This document shows positions 8,690-17,910 of a stretch of 64,000 bases of DNA, in pieces (the stretch's first letter is position 1; the number at the start of each line of letters is the position of its first letter). A model generated the notes under the pieces. That model did not search any database. It was given only the letters and a program-made list of their open reading frames with translations, and was not told where the DNA came from. The translations under genes and the position numbers were made by a program. The stretch spans positions 30,802 through 94,801 of the forward strand of contig JAIXYV010000106.1 of NCBI GenBank assembly GCA_027490055.1, read 5' to 3'. Source of the stretch: Bacteroidota bacterium (GTDB taxonomy: Bacteria > Bacteroidota > Bacteroidia > NS11-12g > UBA955).

Positions 8690-11600
8690 ATGTTTAAAAA
8701 ATTATTATTTGCTGCATTGGTTATACCGGTGTTTCAAATGCATTCACAGAGTAAATCCGGCAAGGCGCAAGAGCCTTCAAAAGCGCCGGGTACATTTTCA
8801 CAAATTGTTTCCGGACTAGGTTTCAGGAGTATCGGTCCGGCCGTTACTTCGGGCAGAATTGTCGATTTATGCGTTAATCCGCAAAACACTTCACAGTGGT
8901 ATATCGCAGCTGGCAGTGGTGGTGTATGGAAAACAGACAATGCGGGCACAACCTTTTATCCGGTTTTCGAGACTCAGGCGTCTTTTTCAATTGGGTGTAT
9001 CACCATGGATCCATCTAATCAAAATACAATTTGGGTTGGTAGTGGCGAGAACAATAACCAAAGAAGTGTGGCATATGGCGATGGTGTTTACAAGAGTGAA
9101 GATGGTGGAAAGACCTGGAAAAATGTAGGGTTAAAGCTCAGCGAGCATATTGGTATGATTACCGTAGATCCTAATAACAGTCAGGTTGTTTATGTGGCCG
9201 CTTATGGTCCGCTTTGGAGTGCGGGTGGCGACAGAGGAATCTATAAAACTACAGATGGTGGTAAAACCTGGAACCGTATTTTATTTGTCAGTGATAATAC
9301 TGGGTTTAATGAAATTCATATTGATAAGAAGCGTCCAAATATCATGTATGCCACAGCCCATCAGAGAAGAAGACATGAGTGGACCTATTTAGGTGGCGGT
9401 CCGGAATCTGCTATATACAAAAGTATTGATAACGGAAGCACCTGGACTAAGCTGGACAATGGCTTACCAAAAGGCGATGTGGGTCGTATCGGACTGGCTA
9501 TTCCAGATGCTAATACCGATATAGTTTATGCCTTGATAGAAGCTTCTGAAGGCAATGGCGGTTTGTTTAAATCAACTGACCGAGGTGCGAGCTGGACTAA
9601 GCAATCGGGTCATACCACGGCAGGTAATTATTACAATGAAATATTTGCTGATCCGGTAAATCCAGATAAAATTTATTCTATGAATAACTGGGCTGTAGTA
9701 AGTAGCGATGGCGGTAAAACCTTCAAAGGTATTGGCGAGCGCAGCAAGCACGTAGACAACCACGTGATTTGGGTTGATCCAAAAAACACCTCACATTATT
9801 TGATGGGATGTGATGGCGGATTATACGAGACCTGGGATGAAGCGGCGACTTGGAATTACAAAGCCAATTTGTCAATTACCCAGTTTTACAGAGTAAGTAC
9901 TGATAATGCCTTGCCATTTTACAACATCTATGGAGGTACTCAGGATAATAATACATTGGGCGGACCGTCTAGAACCATGAGCGCTAGTGGAATACATAAT
10001 TACGACTGGTTTGTAACGGTAGGGGGAGATGGTTTTAAGACGGTTGTAGACACTAAGAATCCAGATATCGTATATTCTCAATGGCAGTATGGCGGCTTGG
10101 TAAGATTTAACCGTAAAACAGGAGAGGCATTAGATATTAAACCTCAGGAAAAACAGGGAGAACCAGCCTACAGGTATAACTGGGATGCACCAATTGTATT
10201 AAGTAATTTTGAGAATAAGACTTTGTATTTTGCTGCACAGAAGGTATTTAAAAGTACAGACATGGGTAATACCTGGGAAATTATCAGTCCGGATTTATCA
10301 AGAGGAATAGACAGAAATAAACTAAGTGTAATGGGCAAGGTATGGAGCGTTGATGCAGTGGCTAAGAACCAATCGACCAGTATCTATGGCAACGTAACTG
10401 CTTTGGCGGAATCTCCTAAAAATGCTTTGTTGCTGTATGCCGGAACCGATGATGGTTTAATTCATGTAACAAATGACGGTGGTAAATCCTGGTATAAAAC
10501 AGAACAAATAAGCGGTGTTCCAGCTCAATCTCTGGTGCAAAATATATACGCTTCTAAGCACGACGAGAAATTGGTTTATGCCGTGATTAATAATCACAGA
10601 AATGGCGATTTCAAACCTTATTTAGTCAAGTCAGTTGACCAAGGCAGAACATGGACTTTAGTTAATGGCAATTTACCGGAGCGCGGCTCATTGCAATGTT
10701 TGGCAGAGGATCACAAGAATAGAAATCTCTTGTTTTGCGGAACTGATTTTGGTGTTTTTGCCAGTATTGATGCTGGAAAAACCTGGGATAAAATGAGTGG
10801 TTTACCAACCATTTGTGTCAAAGAAATTGCGATTCAAGAGCGTGAGAATGATTTAGTATTAGCAACTTTTGGAAGAGGTTTTTATGTACTGGATGATTAT
10901 TCATCTTTGCAGAACTTTGAGATTGTTAAACAGGCATTAGAAACTAAGCCTGCTGTCATTTTTCCTATCAAAGACGGGTTAGTATTTATGCAGTCGACGC
11001 CACTTGGGCATAAAGGCAAATCGTTCCAGGGAGAAAGTTTTTTCACTGCCGAAAATCCTCCTGTTGGTGCTGTGATTTCATATTACATCAAAGATGATTA
11101 CAAAACCATCAAGAGCTTAAGAAAAGATAGAGAAGAAAAGCAAAGCAATGATTATTACCCATCGGCAGATAGTTTGAGAATAGAAGACAGTGAGCCAGAG
11201 GCCTACATTCTGGCAGTAATAAAAGATGCTGAGGGCAATATTATCAGACAATTTAAACGCGCTGCAGCAAAGGGACATCAGCGATTGGTGTGGAATGGCA
11301 GAATGGAGCGTACCAGTCCTATTACGTTTTACACACCAGATCCGAGCAATCCGTATGAAGGAGAAGATCAGGGACCAATGGCATTGCCAGGCGATTATAC
11401 TATAGAGTTGCACCTGGTAAAAAATTATCAGATTAGTTTATTGACAGGACCAATAGGATTCAAGATTAAAACCTTACATCCAATGAAATCTGATATGAAT
11501 TTTAACAGAGAATTAGCCGATTTCAGAAGGGTTGTTTTGGGCGTGGATGCTTATTGTTCAGAGATTAAAAACAGATTAAGTTTTGTTAAGCAGGGTATTA

Positions 11601-11944
11601 ATCAGATCAGTCAGCAAGACTTGTTAAGACAAATCGGTTTAATTGAAGAGCAGATGAAAAAATATAATTTAATGATGCATGGTGATGGCAGCATGGCGTC
11701 TAGAGAATTTGAGACATTACCGGGATTAATAGGTTCTTTGGAAGGTATTGTAGGAAATTTATGGGCGACAACCGAAACGCCAACCACTACTTACACCAGC
11801 AGACTTAAAGAGATTAAAGTTAACTTCAAATCTGTTTATCAGCTGGTTCAGGACATAGACACTTTAATGAAGTCGCTTGAACTTCAGTTAGATAAGAACA
11901 AATTCCCATATACTCCGGGAAGGTTGCCAGACTGGAAGGAGTAA
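8690..11944 (+). CDS. Secreted BNR/Asp-box (VPS10/sortilin-like) beta-propeller protein, glycosyl-hydrolase-like
   Basis: Signal peptide, RSIGP..SGR, many SxDGGxTW repeats, GGTQDN, ATFGRG. Confidence 0.85.
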   Translation: MFKKLLFAALVIPVFQMHSQSKSGKAQEPSKAPGTFSQIVSGLGFRSIGPAVTSGRIVDLCVNPQNTSQWYIAAGSGGVWKTDNAGTTFYPVFETQASFSIGCITMDPSNQNTIWVGSGENNNQRSVAYGDGVYKSEDGGKTWKNVGLKLSEHIGMITVDPNNSQVVYVAAYGPLWSAGGDRGIYKTTDGGKTWNRILFVSDNTGFNEIHIDKKRPNIMYATAHQRRRHEWTYLGGGPESAIYKSIDNGSTWTKLDNGLPKGDVGRIGLAIPDANTDIVYALIEASEGNGGLFKSTDRGASWTKQSGHTTAGNYYNEIFADPVNPDKIYSMNNWAVVSSDGGKTFKGIGERSKHVDNHVIWVDPKNTSHYLMGCDGGLYETWDEAATWNYKANLSITQFYRVSTDNALPFYNIYGGTQDNNTLGGPSRTMSASGIHNYDWFVTVGGDGFKTVVDTKNPDIVYSQWQYGGLVRFNRKTGEALDIKPQEKQGEPAYRYNWDAPIVLSNFENKTLYFAAQKVFKSTDMGNTWEIISPDLSRGIDRNKLSVMGKVWSVDAVAKNQSTSIYGNVTALAESPKNALLLYAGTDDGLIHVTNDGGKSWYKTEQISGVPAQSLVQNIYASKHDEKLVYAVINNHRNGDFKPYLVKSVDQGRTWTLVNGNLPERGSLQCLAEDHKNRNLLFCGTDFGVFASIDAGKTWDKMSGLPTICVKEIAIQERENDLVLATFGRGFYVLDDYSSLQNFEIVKQALETKPAVIFPIKDGLVFMQSTPLGHKGKSFQGESFFTAENPPVGAVISYYIKDDYKTIKSLRKDREEKQSNDYYPSADSLRIEDSEPEAYILAVIKDAEGNIIRQFKRAAAKGHQRLVWNGRMERTSPITFYTPDPSNPYEGEDQGPMALPGDYTIELHLVKNYQISLLTGPIGFKIKTLHPMKSDMNFNRELADFRRVVLGVDAYCSEIKNRLSFVKQGINQISQQDLLRQIGLIEEQMKKYNLMMHGDGSMASREFETLPGLIGSLEGIVGNLWATTETPTTTYTSRLKEIKVNFKSVYQLVQDIDTLMKSLELQLDKNKFPYTPGRLPDWKE

Positions 11945-11963
11945 ATTTTGTAAACAAAACTAT

Positions 11964-12013
11964 AATTGGCGTGTTTTAACAAGGGATTTAGGTTAAAGCA
12001 CGCCAATTTTTTT
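11964..12013 (+). terminator. Long-stem terminator
   Basis: AATTGGCGTGTTTTAAC-11 nt-GTTAAAGCACGCCAATT plus T tract. Confidence 0.7.
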
Positions 12014-12075
12014 ATGGCTAAAAATGCCTTATTTTTACCCACTTAAATAAAGAATAAAATAATTTATAATATCAA

Positions 12076-14580
12076 TTGAAGCGGATAATCCTTATAGCAG
12101 TTATTTTGAGCAATTTTATATCGCTAAAGGCTTCGCATATAGTGGGTGGGGAGATATTTTACACCTTTGATGGTAGATCAGGGACAAACAACAACTATAC
12201 AGTCACTTTAAACTTATTTGTAGACTGTAATAATGGCACTCCTCAGTCGATTGAGCAGGACAAATCTGCCAGTTTTAATGTCTTCAGGGTTAATCAATCT
12301 AACTACTCATTGTTTACCAGTTATAGTCTTACCAATAGTAGAACTGGTCCTGTGCGTGTTTCGGATATTTCTTACAAGTGTATTAAAAACATTCCTGATA
12401 TCTGTGTCGATAAATACACTTATACTATAAAAATGAGCTTACCAGTTACAACATTGGGGTACGTTATTACATTTGAAAGGTGTTGCAGAAATTCGACCAC
12501 TACCAATATTTTAAATCCAGGAACTACGGGCGCAACTTATTGGACAAAGATCCCAGGAAGTAATTTAGTATCCAGCGATAACAGTCCTCAGTTTAAGTAT
12601 ACCCCGCCAACTTTTATTTGTTTAAATGCCCCTTTAACTTTCGACCATAGCGCTACTGATAAGGATGGTGATTCTTTGGTGTACGAATTGTATACACCAT
12701 ATGAAGGTGCCAGCAGAAACAATCCAATTCCCAGACCAAGCGCCTCTACTAATCCTGCCAATTTCAGCACTATTTCATGGTCGTCAGGTTCGGGGTATTC
12801 TGTGATTAATCAGATAGATGGAAATCCTTCACTTACTATCAATAGAAAAACTGGCAAACTCACTTTGACACCAACGGTGGCAGGACAGTTTGTGATTGGC
12901 ATAAAAGTATTAGAATATCGCAATGGTGTTTTAATAGGAGAAACAAAGCGGGATGTTCAGTTTAATGCCATTACCTGTGTGTTTGAGGTCGTATCATCCT
13001 TTTATTTGCCATCGGTTTTATGTTCAGCCAGTGAATTGAGTATATTGAATCAAAGTCAGGGTGCTACCAGTTATTCATGGGATTTTGGGGTTGTTACCAG
13101 AAAGGATGATACCTCTAATTTAAAGTCGCCGAAATACAAATACGATACATCCGGAAATTTTGAGATCCGTTTGGTGGCCCGGACGACAAAGTGTGCAGAT
13201 ACATTTTATACAGATGTTTATGTCAAGAAGAATTTTATAGTTGAATTGCCCAAGGATACTCTGTATTGCGGAAAATTTACCAAGACACTCAGCAGTAATA
13301 TACCTAATAAATCCAAGTTATGGAATACCGGCGATACTGGGGTAAGCATCACGGTCAATAAACAGGGTATTTATTGGTTAAAAGTATCTGATGACCCTTG
13401 CGTATCTGTAGATTCTACCGTCATCATTAATGATTTGAGTAAAGTTTATGTAGGACGTGATTCGGTAATCTGTACAGATAAATTTAAACCCTATAATTAT
13501 TTGGGACCTCCTGGCTATAAGTCGTACCAGTGGAGCACCGGTCAGGTAAACGATACATTAAGTGTTGCAAAACCCGGTACCTATTGGCTAAGAACTGTAA
13601 ACAGCAATCAATGTTCATCGGCAGATACATTAGAGATTATTGATTATTCGCCGCCCATATTTGACATTAGAGATACTATTTTCTGTCGCAATACAACAGT
13701 AACATTAGATGCCTTGAATCTCAATTCAGCCACACAGGCAGAGAGTAAATATGTATGGAGTAATGGCTCAAATAGCAGCAGCATAACTGTTGGCAGCATT
13801 GGTCAATACACGGTGTTAGTTAGTAATAAGTATTGTCAGCAAAGCGACACAGCAGTCTTAACTTATATTCAGACTGGCTTGGAATTGGGGCCTGATACTT
13901 TTTACTGCGGACCTGTTAACAGAACAGTGTATGCGCAAAATAATTTTATCAGTTACTTGTGGCAGGATGGAACAACTAACAGTTATGACCAGGCCTTATT
14001 ACCCGGAAAGTATAAAGTAACGATTGTTTCTAAAGATGGATGTGTAGAATCTGATTCTATGATGATCATACAGTATCCTGTTTTGGATCCAGGTTTGGGT
14101 GATGACACAACAGTGTGTATTTCATCAGAAATTTATCTCACAGCAGCAGATGGTATGAGCAGTTATTTGTGGAACAATGGAGCCACATCACAAAAGATTT
14201 CGGCCATGGAAAAGGGGCTCTTTACTGTGACGGTAAGCAACAGTCAGGGTTGTATAGCCAGTGATAGTGTGATGGTAAGCACCGATCCGAATGCAGTGCC
14301 GAATGAATTGTTTATGCCAGATGCCTTTACGCCGAATGACGATGGCACCAATGATGTATTTCCCTCCAACAGGTATAACAATCTAAACTCGTATTACCGT
14401 TTAAAAATCTTTAATCGCTGGGGAGAAGAGATCTTCGAAACTCAAGTAACCGGAGTGCAATGGGACGGCACTTTTAATGGCCAGTTAGCGCCACAGGATG
14501 TGTATGTCTTTTTGGTAAGTTCGGTAGGGTGTGATGGCATGGAGCGCCATTTCAGGGGCACTTTCAATTTACTTCGTTAA
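12076..14580 (+). CDS. T9SS type-B (gliding-motility-associated CTD) secreted protein with PKD/Ig repeats
   Basis: TTG start, ASHIVGGE N-terminus, SWDFG PKD motif, LGxDT repeats, PDAFTPNDDGTND...IFNRWG...WDG...LLR. Confidence 0.88.
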   Translation: MKRIILIAVILSNFISLKASHIVGGEIFYTFDGRSGTNNNYTVTLNLFVDCNNGTPQSIEQDKSASFNVFRVNQSNYSLFTSYSLTNSRTGPVRVSDISYKCIKNIPDICVDKYTYTIKMSLPVTTLGYVITFERCCRNSTTTNILNPGTTGATYWTKIPGSNLVSSDNSPQFKYTPPTFICLNAPLTFDHSATDKDGDSLVYELYTPYEGASRNNPIPRPSASTNPANFSTISWSSGSGYSVINQIDGNPSLTINRKTGKLTLTPTVAGQFVIGIKVLEYRNGVLIGETKRDVQFNAITCVFEVVSSFYLPSVLCSASELSILNQSQGATSYSWDFGVVTRKDDTSNLKSPKYKYDTSGNFEIRLVARTTKCADTFYTDVYVKKNFIVELPKDTLYCGKFTKTLSSNIPNKSKLWNTGDTGVSITVNKQGIYWLKVSDDPCVSVDSTVIINDLSKVYVGRDSVICTDKFKPYNYLGPPGYKSYQWSTGQVNDTLSVAKPGTYWLRTVNSNQCSSADTLEIIDYSPPIFDIRDTIFCRNTTVTLDALNLNSATQAESKYVWSNGSNSSSITVGSIGQYTVLVSNKYCQQSDTAVLTYIQTGLELGPDTFYCGPVNRTVYAQNNFISYLWQDGTTNSYDQALLPGKYKVTIVSKDGCVESDSMMIIQYPVLDPGLGDDTTVCISSEIYLTAADGMSSYLWNNGATSQKISAMEKGLFTVTVSNSQGCIASDSVMVSTDPNAVPNELFMPDAFTPNDDGTNDVFPSNRYNNLNSYYRLKIFNRWGEEIFETQVTGVQWDGTFNGQLAPQDVYVFLVSSVGCDGMERHFRGTFNLLR

Positions 14581-14630
14581 AATTAAATCTTTAGTAATCT
14601 GTCGTTTAAAACAATTTATTTGTCGATAAC

Positions 14631-14653
14631 AGTACTATGTATTGCATAGTACT
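14631..14653. promoter_or_regulatory. Perfect inverted repeat, probable PadR operator
   Basis: AGTACTATG-TATTG-CATAGTACT just upstream of the TACCTTTG promoter (14666-14673). Confidence 0.65.
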
Positions 14654-14677
14654 ATAATTTTATTATACCTTTGCAGC

Positions 14678-15004
14678 ATGGATTTAGAGAATACCCGTTC
14701 GCAGATGCGCAAAGGCATATTGGAATACTGCATTCTCAGTATTATCGGACAGCGCGAGTGTTACGCATCGGATATTATAGAAGAGATGAAGAAAGCCAGG
14801 TTGATAGTGGTGGAGGGCACTTTGTATCCATTGCTTACCAGACTAAAGAATGCAGGCTTATTGCAGTATAAGTGGGAAGAATCTAAATCTGGTCCGCCGC
14901 GCAAGTATTACGCATTAACAACAGAAGGAACATTATTCATTAGTGAGCTCACACAAACCTGGGATGAATTGAGCACAGCAGTAAACACCATTAGACAAAA
15001 ATAA
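14678..15004 (+). CDS. PadR-family transcriptional regulator
   Basis: QMRKGILE, EGTLYPLLTRL, GPPRKYY. Confidence 0.93.
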   Translation: MDLENTRSQMRKGILEYCILSIIGQRECYASDIIEEMKKARLIVVEGTLYPLLTRLKNAGLLQYKWEESKSGPPRKYYALTTEGTLFISELTQTWDELSTAVNTIRQK

Positions 15005-15016
15005 AAACACTACAAT

Positions 15017-16525
15017 ATGAACAAAATCATCAGTGCCAACATTAACGGCTTCATTTTTAGCGTCGACGAGAAAGCTTACGAGCATTTGAGGCAGTATCTG
15101 GACAGCATCAGACAGAAGGTAAAGAATGAGGAGGTAATGACGGATATAGAGAACCGTATTGCGGAGTTATTTGATTACAAGATCAAGAACGGATCGCAGG
15201 CGATTTTAATGAAAGATGTGGAAGAGATTATTAGTCAGATAGGCTCGCCGGAGCAATTTGGCGGAGAGGAGCACGAAGAAGAAAAGACACAGCGTGCTGA
15301 AACCAGCAGTTTTCAGCGCCGCAAGTACCGTCGTCTATACCGCAACGAAGATGATAAAATGATAGGCGGTGTTTGTAGCGGATTAGCGGCCTATTTTGGG
15401 ATAGACCCCATGTTGGTGCGAGTAGCATTTGCCTTATCCTTTTTTGCTTTCGGCACAGGCTTTTTGTTATATATATTTTTGATGGTAATAGTACCAAAAG
15501 CGGTTACACCTTCAGAGAAATTGGAGATGATGGGAGAGCCGGTAGATTTTAATAACTTGGGCAAGACCATTGAGAAAGACATCAAGGATGCTTATGACAG
15601 ATACCGTCCGGAGGTAAAAACTGGCTTTGAGCGATTTTTAGAGATAGCAGTTAAGATTGGAGGCATTGTGCTGTTCATTTTTGTGCTTAGCATCATAATA
15701 CCTACCGGCTTTGGAGTTTTTGCCTCTATCGGGCTCGTATCATGGTTTTTGCCAGTAATAAGCAGCTACATCTTCGTGAGCGAAACACAAGCCATCATTA
15801 TTTTAATTGGTTTAATATTATTTTTACTGGTGCCTTTGGTGAGTGTGGCTTACAAGATCATTCAATTTTTATTTAAGACCAGACCCATGCACAGGGGTTT
15901 ATCAATTGCATTATCTGTTTTTTGGTTTATTGGATTTTGCTTGTTGGCTTACAGTACCTACAATACCGCCTCACAGTTTTCAAACAGCACATCCGTCAGC
16001 AGTAACGACACTATAGCAACTCAGGGCACTTTAGTAATAAGGGCCAAGAATACCGGCAGTGATTCAGAATTTGAATTCAGGGCCAATGGCGTGAATTATA
16101 CGCATTTTCAGAGTGAAGATGATTTACGTGAATTTTTAGACGACAGAATAGGCAGGAACATAGAACTCAGTATTGTCAGATCGTACGTCAATCAAGCAGT
16201 GGTGAGTGTAATCAAGCGATCGAATGGTGCTAATCGCAGAGAAGCATATATGAATTCTGAGAATATTTTATACCATTACGAAATCAAGGATTCCATCATC
16301 ACATTGGACGATTTTTTTAGATTAGACAGACAGAGTTTATGGCGCAATCAACGTGTAAAGATTGTGATTGCGGTACCGGTTGCACAGAAGTTCATTATCG
16401 ACAGCAGTTGTGAGCCAATATTTGAGGAGGACAATATCGAGCGCGGCACCAGAGCGCGTGATGAAGATTCGATATACGACAAGACTCTGGAGCTGAATGA
16501 CAAAGGGGTTTTAGCGGGGAAGTAG
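15017..16525 (+). CDS. PspC-domain membrane protein
   Basis: DIENRIAELF N-terminal domain, LYRxxDDKMIGGVCSGLA PspC motif, multiple TM segments, extracytoplasmic C-terminal domain. Confidence 0.88.
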   Translation: MNKIISANINGFIFSVDEKAYEHLRQYLDSIRQKVKNEEVMTDIENRIAELFDYKIKNGSQAILMKDVEEIISQIGSPEQFGGEEHEEEKTQRAETSSFQRRKYRRLYRNEDDKMIGGVCSGLAAYFGIDPMLVRVAFALSFFAFGTGFLLYIFLMVIVPKAVTPSEKLEMMGEPVDFNNLGKTIEKDIKDAYDRYRPEVKTGFERFLEIAVKIGGIVLFIFVLSIIIPTGFGVFASIGLVSWFLPVISSYIFVSETQAIIILIGLILFLLVPLVSVAYKIIQFLFKTRPMHRGLSIALSVFWFIGFCLLAYSTYNTASQFSNSTSVSSNDTIATQGTLVIRAKNTGSDSEFEFRANGVNYTHFQSEDDLREFLDDRIGRNIELSIVRSYVNQAVVSVIKRSNGANRREAYMNSENILYHYEIKDSIITLDDFFRLDRQSLWRNQRVKIVIAVPVAQKFIIDSSCEPIFEEDNIERGTRARDEDSIYDKTLELNDKGVLAGK

Positions 16526-16544
16526 GTTGTTTGAATAAGGCTAC

Positions 16545-16776
16545 CTAGAACAATAAATATCCCAATTTGAAATGGAATAACGAGCTTTTCCTTGTTGGAC
16601 TAAAACCATAAACACTCGGATTAATTGAAGTACCTGGTTGTGGATGAATCTTTTCAAAATTGTGATTATAGCTTCCTTCAATGCCGATTGATATTCTATT
16701 TTTGATTATGTAATTTATAATTAATCCTGCAGTGTAACCCTCCCTAAAACTAGTACGGATTAAAAGTCAAATATTT
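16545..16776 (-). pseudogene. Degenerate paralog of the adjacent beta-barrel gene (not in ORF track)
   Basis: Minus strand reads ...SFREGYTAGLIINYIIKNRISIGIEGSYNHNFEK...LFHFKLGYLLF*, sharing FREGY, GIExxYNHxFE and FKLG with 16857-17531; no start codon; upstream stop/frameshift. Confidence 0.7.
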
Positions 16777-16856
16777 CAATTTTGCGGTCCTCCTCGTATT
16801 AGTGCGTTTCTAAAGTAGAAAATCCAGGGTCTATTTGTAGAAAATATGCTTCAAAT

Positions 16857-17531
16857 TCATTTTCTCTTCCAATCTATGGTAATCCCTAATTTAAAAGCAA
16901 TATTAATGACATTCTTATTGACTTTATGTTCCGGTATTTGGTCTATTTTATAATTAGAATTATCATAAGGTTTCTTGGACTCAAAAAAGTGATTATATTG
17001 GGTTTCAATTCCGACAGTAAATACTCTTCCAATCACTCTGTTCAGATCGAATCCGAATCCGATAGAAGGACTGAGATATTCATAATTGATCACTGTGTAG
17101 TGATGCCACCCATAGCCTTCTTCAATGTAAATACGTTCATATCCTTCTCTGAAACCAAGGCTGAGCTGCGGAATAAAATTCATTTTTGTTTTTTCATGGT
17201 AAAAAAACCTGCCATAGTGAATAGATCCCCCTATGCTTAGTCTATTAATTACGTCATTTCTTAAGGAAATTTTTCCTTCAGGATAGTAAAGCTCATGTAA
17301 ATAGGAGGAAATACCATAGTAATTTCGTCTTGATATTAAATAGATTTTTGCGAATGTCACCTTAGGTTCATTAGTGTAGAAGAACCGCACATTCTGATCC
17401 TCCATATACCATGGAACCGATTTTCCAATCTCTATGGATATCCTTTTCAGAGAATCTATGGGACTTGTCTGTGAATATGAATACATTACATTCACAGACA
17501 AGCTAATTACGATTAAAGGTCTTATATTCAT
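16857..17531 (-). CDS. Hypothetical outer-membrane beta-barrel-like protein
   Basis: Signal-like N-terminus, alternating amphipathic strands, C-terminal AFKLGITID; AT-rich. Confidence 0.55.
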   Translation of the reverse strand: MNIRPLIVISLSVNVMYSYSQTSPIDSLKRISIEIGKSVPWYMEDQNVRFFYTNEPKVTFAKIYLISRRNYYGISSYLHELYYPEGKISLRNDVINRLSIGGSIHYGRFFYHEKTKMNFIPQLSLGFREGYERIYIEEGYGWHHYTVINYEYLSPSIGFGFDLNRVIGRVFTVGIETQYNHFFESKKPYDNSNYKIDQIPEHKVNKNVINIAFKLGITIDWKRK

Positions 17532-17836
17532 AGCTTTAAAATTTTATATCTAAAATTAACTTCTTCAAAGTTAATACAAAGAGAATAGATTCCTGAACCA
17601 AGACTGCTAATATCTATTGAACTTAATTCTTCCATATTGCTTTCTAAGGATAGAACATTTACGCCAAATTGGTTTACGATGTTAATTTTAACCGGAATCC
17701 ATTTGGAATAATTATACAGAATCCCCCAATTTATATTAATTTTATCATTTGAAGGATTTGGATATAATGTGGAAAAGCCGATGATATTGACCCCTCTGTG
17801 CCGAAGTAAATTAACCCCCTGTAGATAAATGTTCAA
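17528..17836 (-). pseudogene. Orphan T9SS type-A C-terminal sorting domain (remnant of a larger gene)
   Basis: LYPNPS...IDISSLGSGIY...KILKL with no signal peptide or cargo domain. Confidence 0.65.
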
Positions 17837-17910
17837 AATTGATGAATAGTTTGAAATTAAAATGTCAATTACTTTTTGAGGAGTGTTAGCAGAGAAGTAG
17901 GTTGTTTTAA

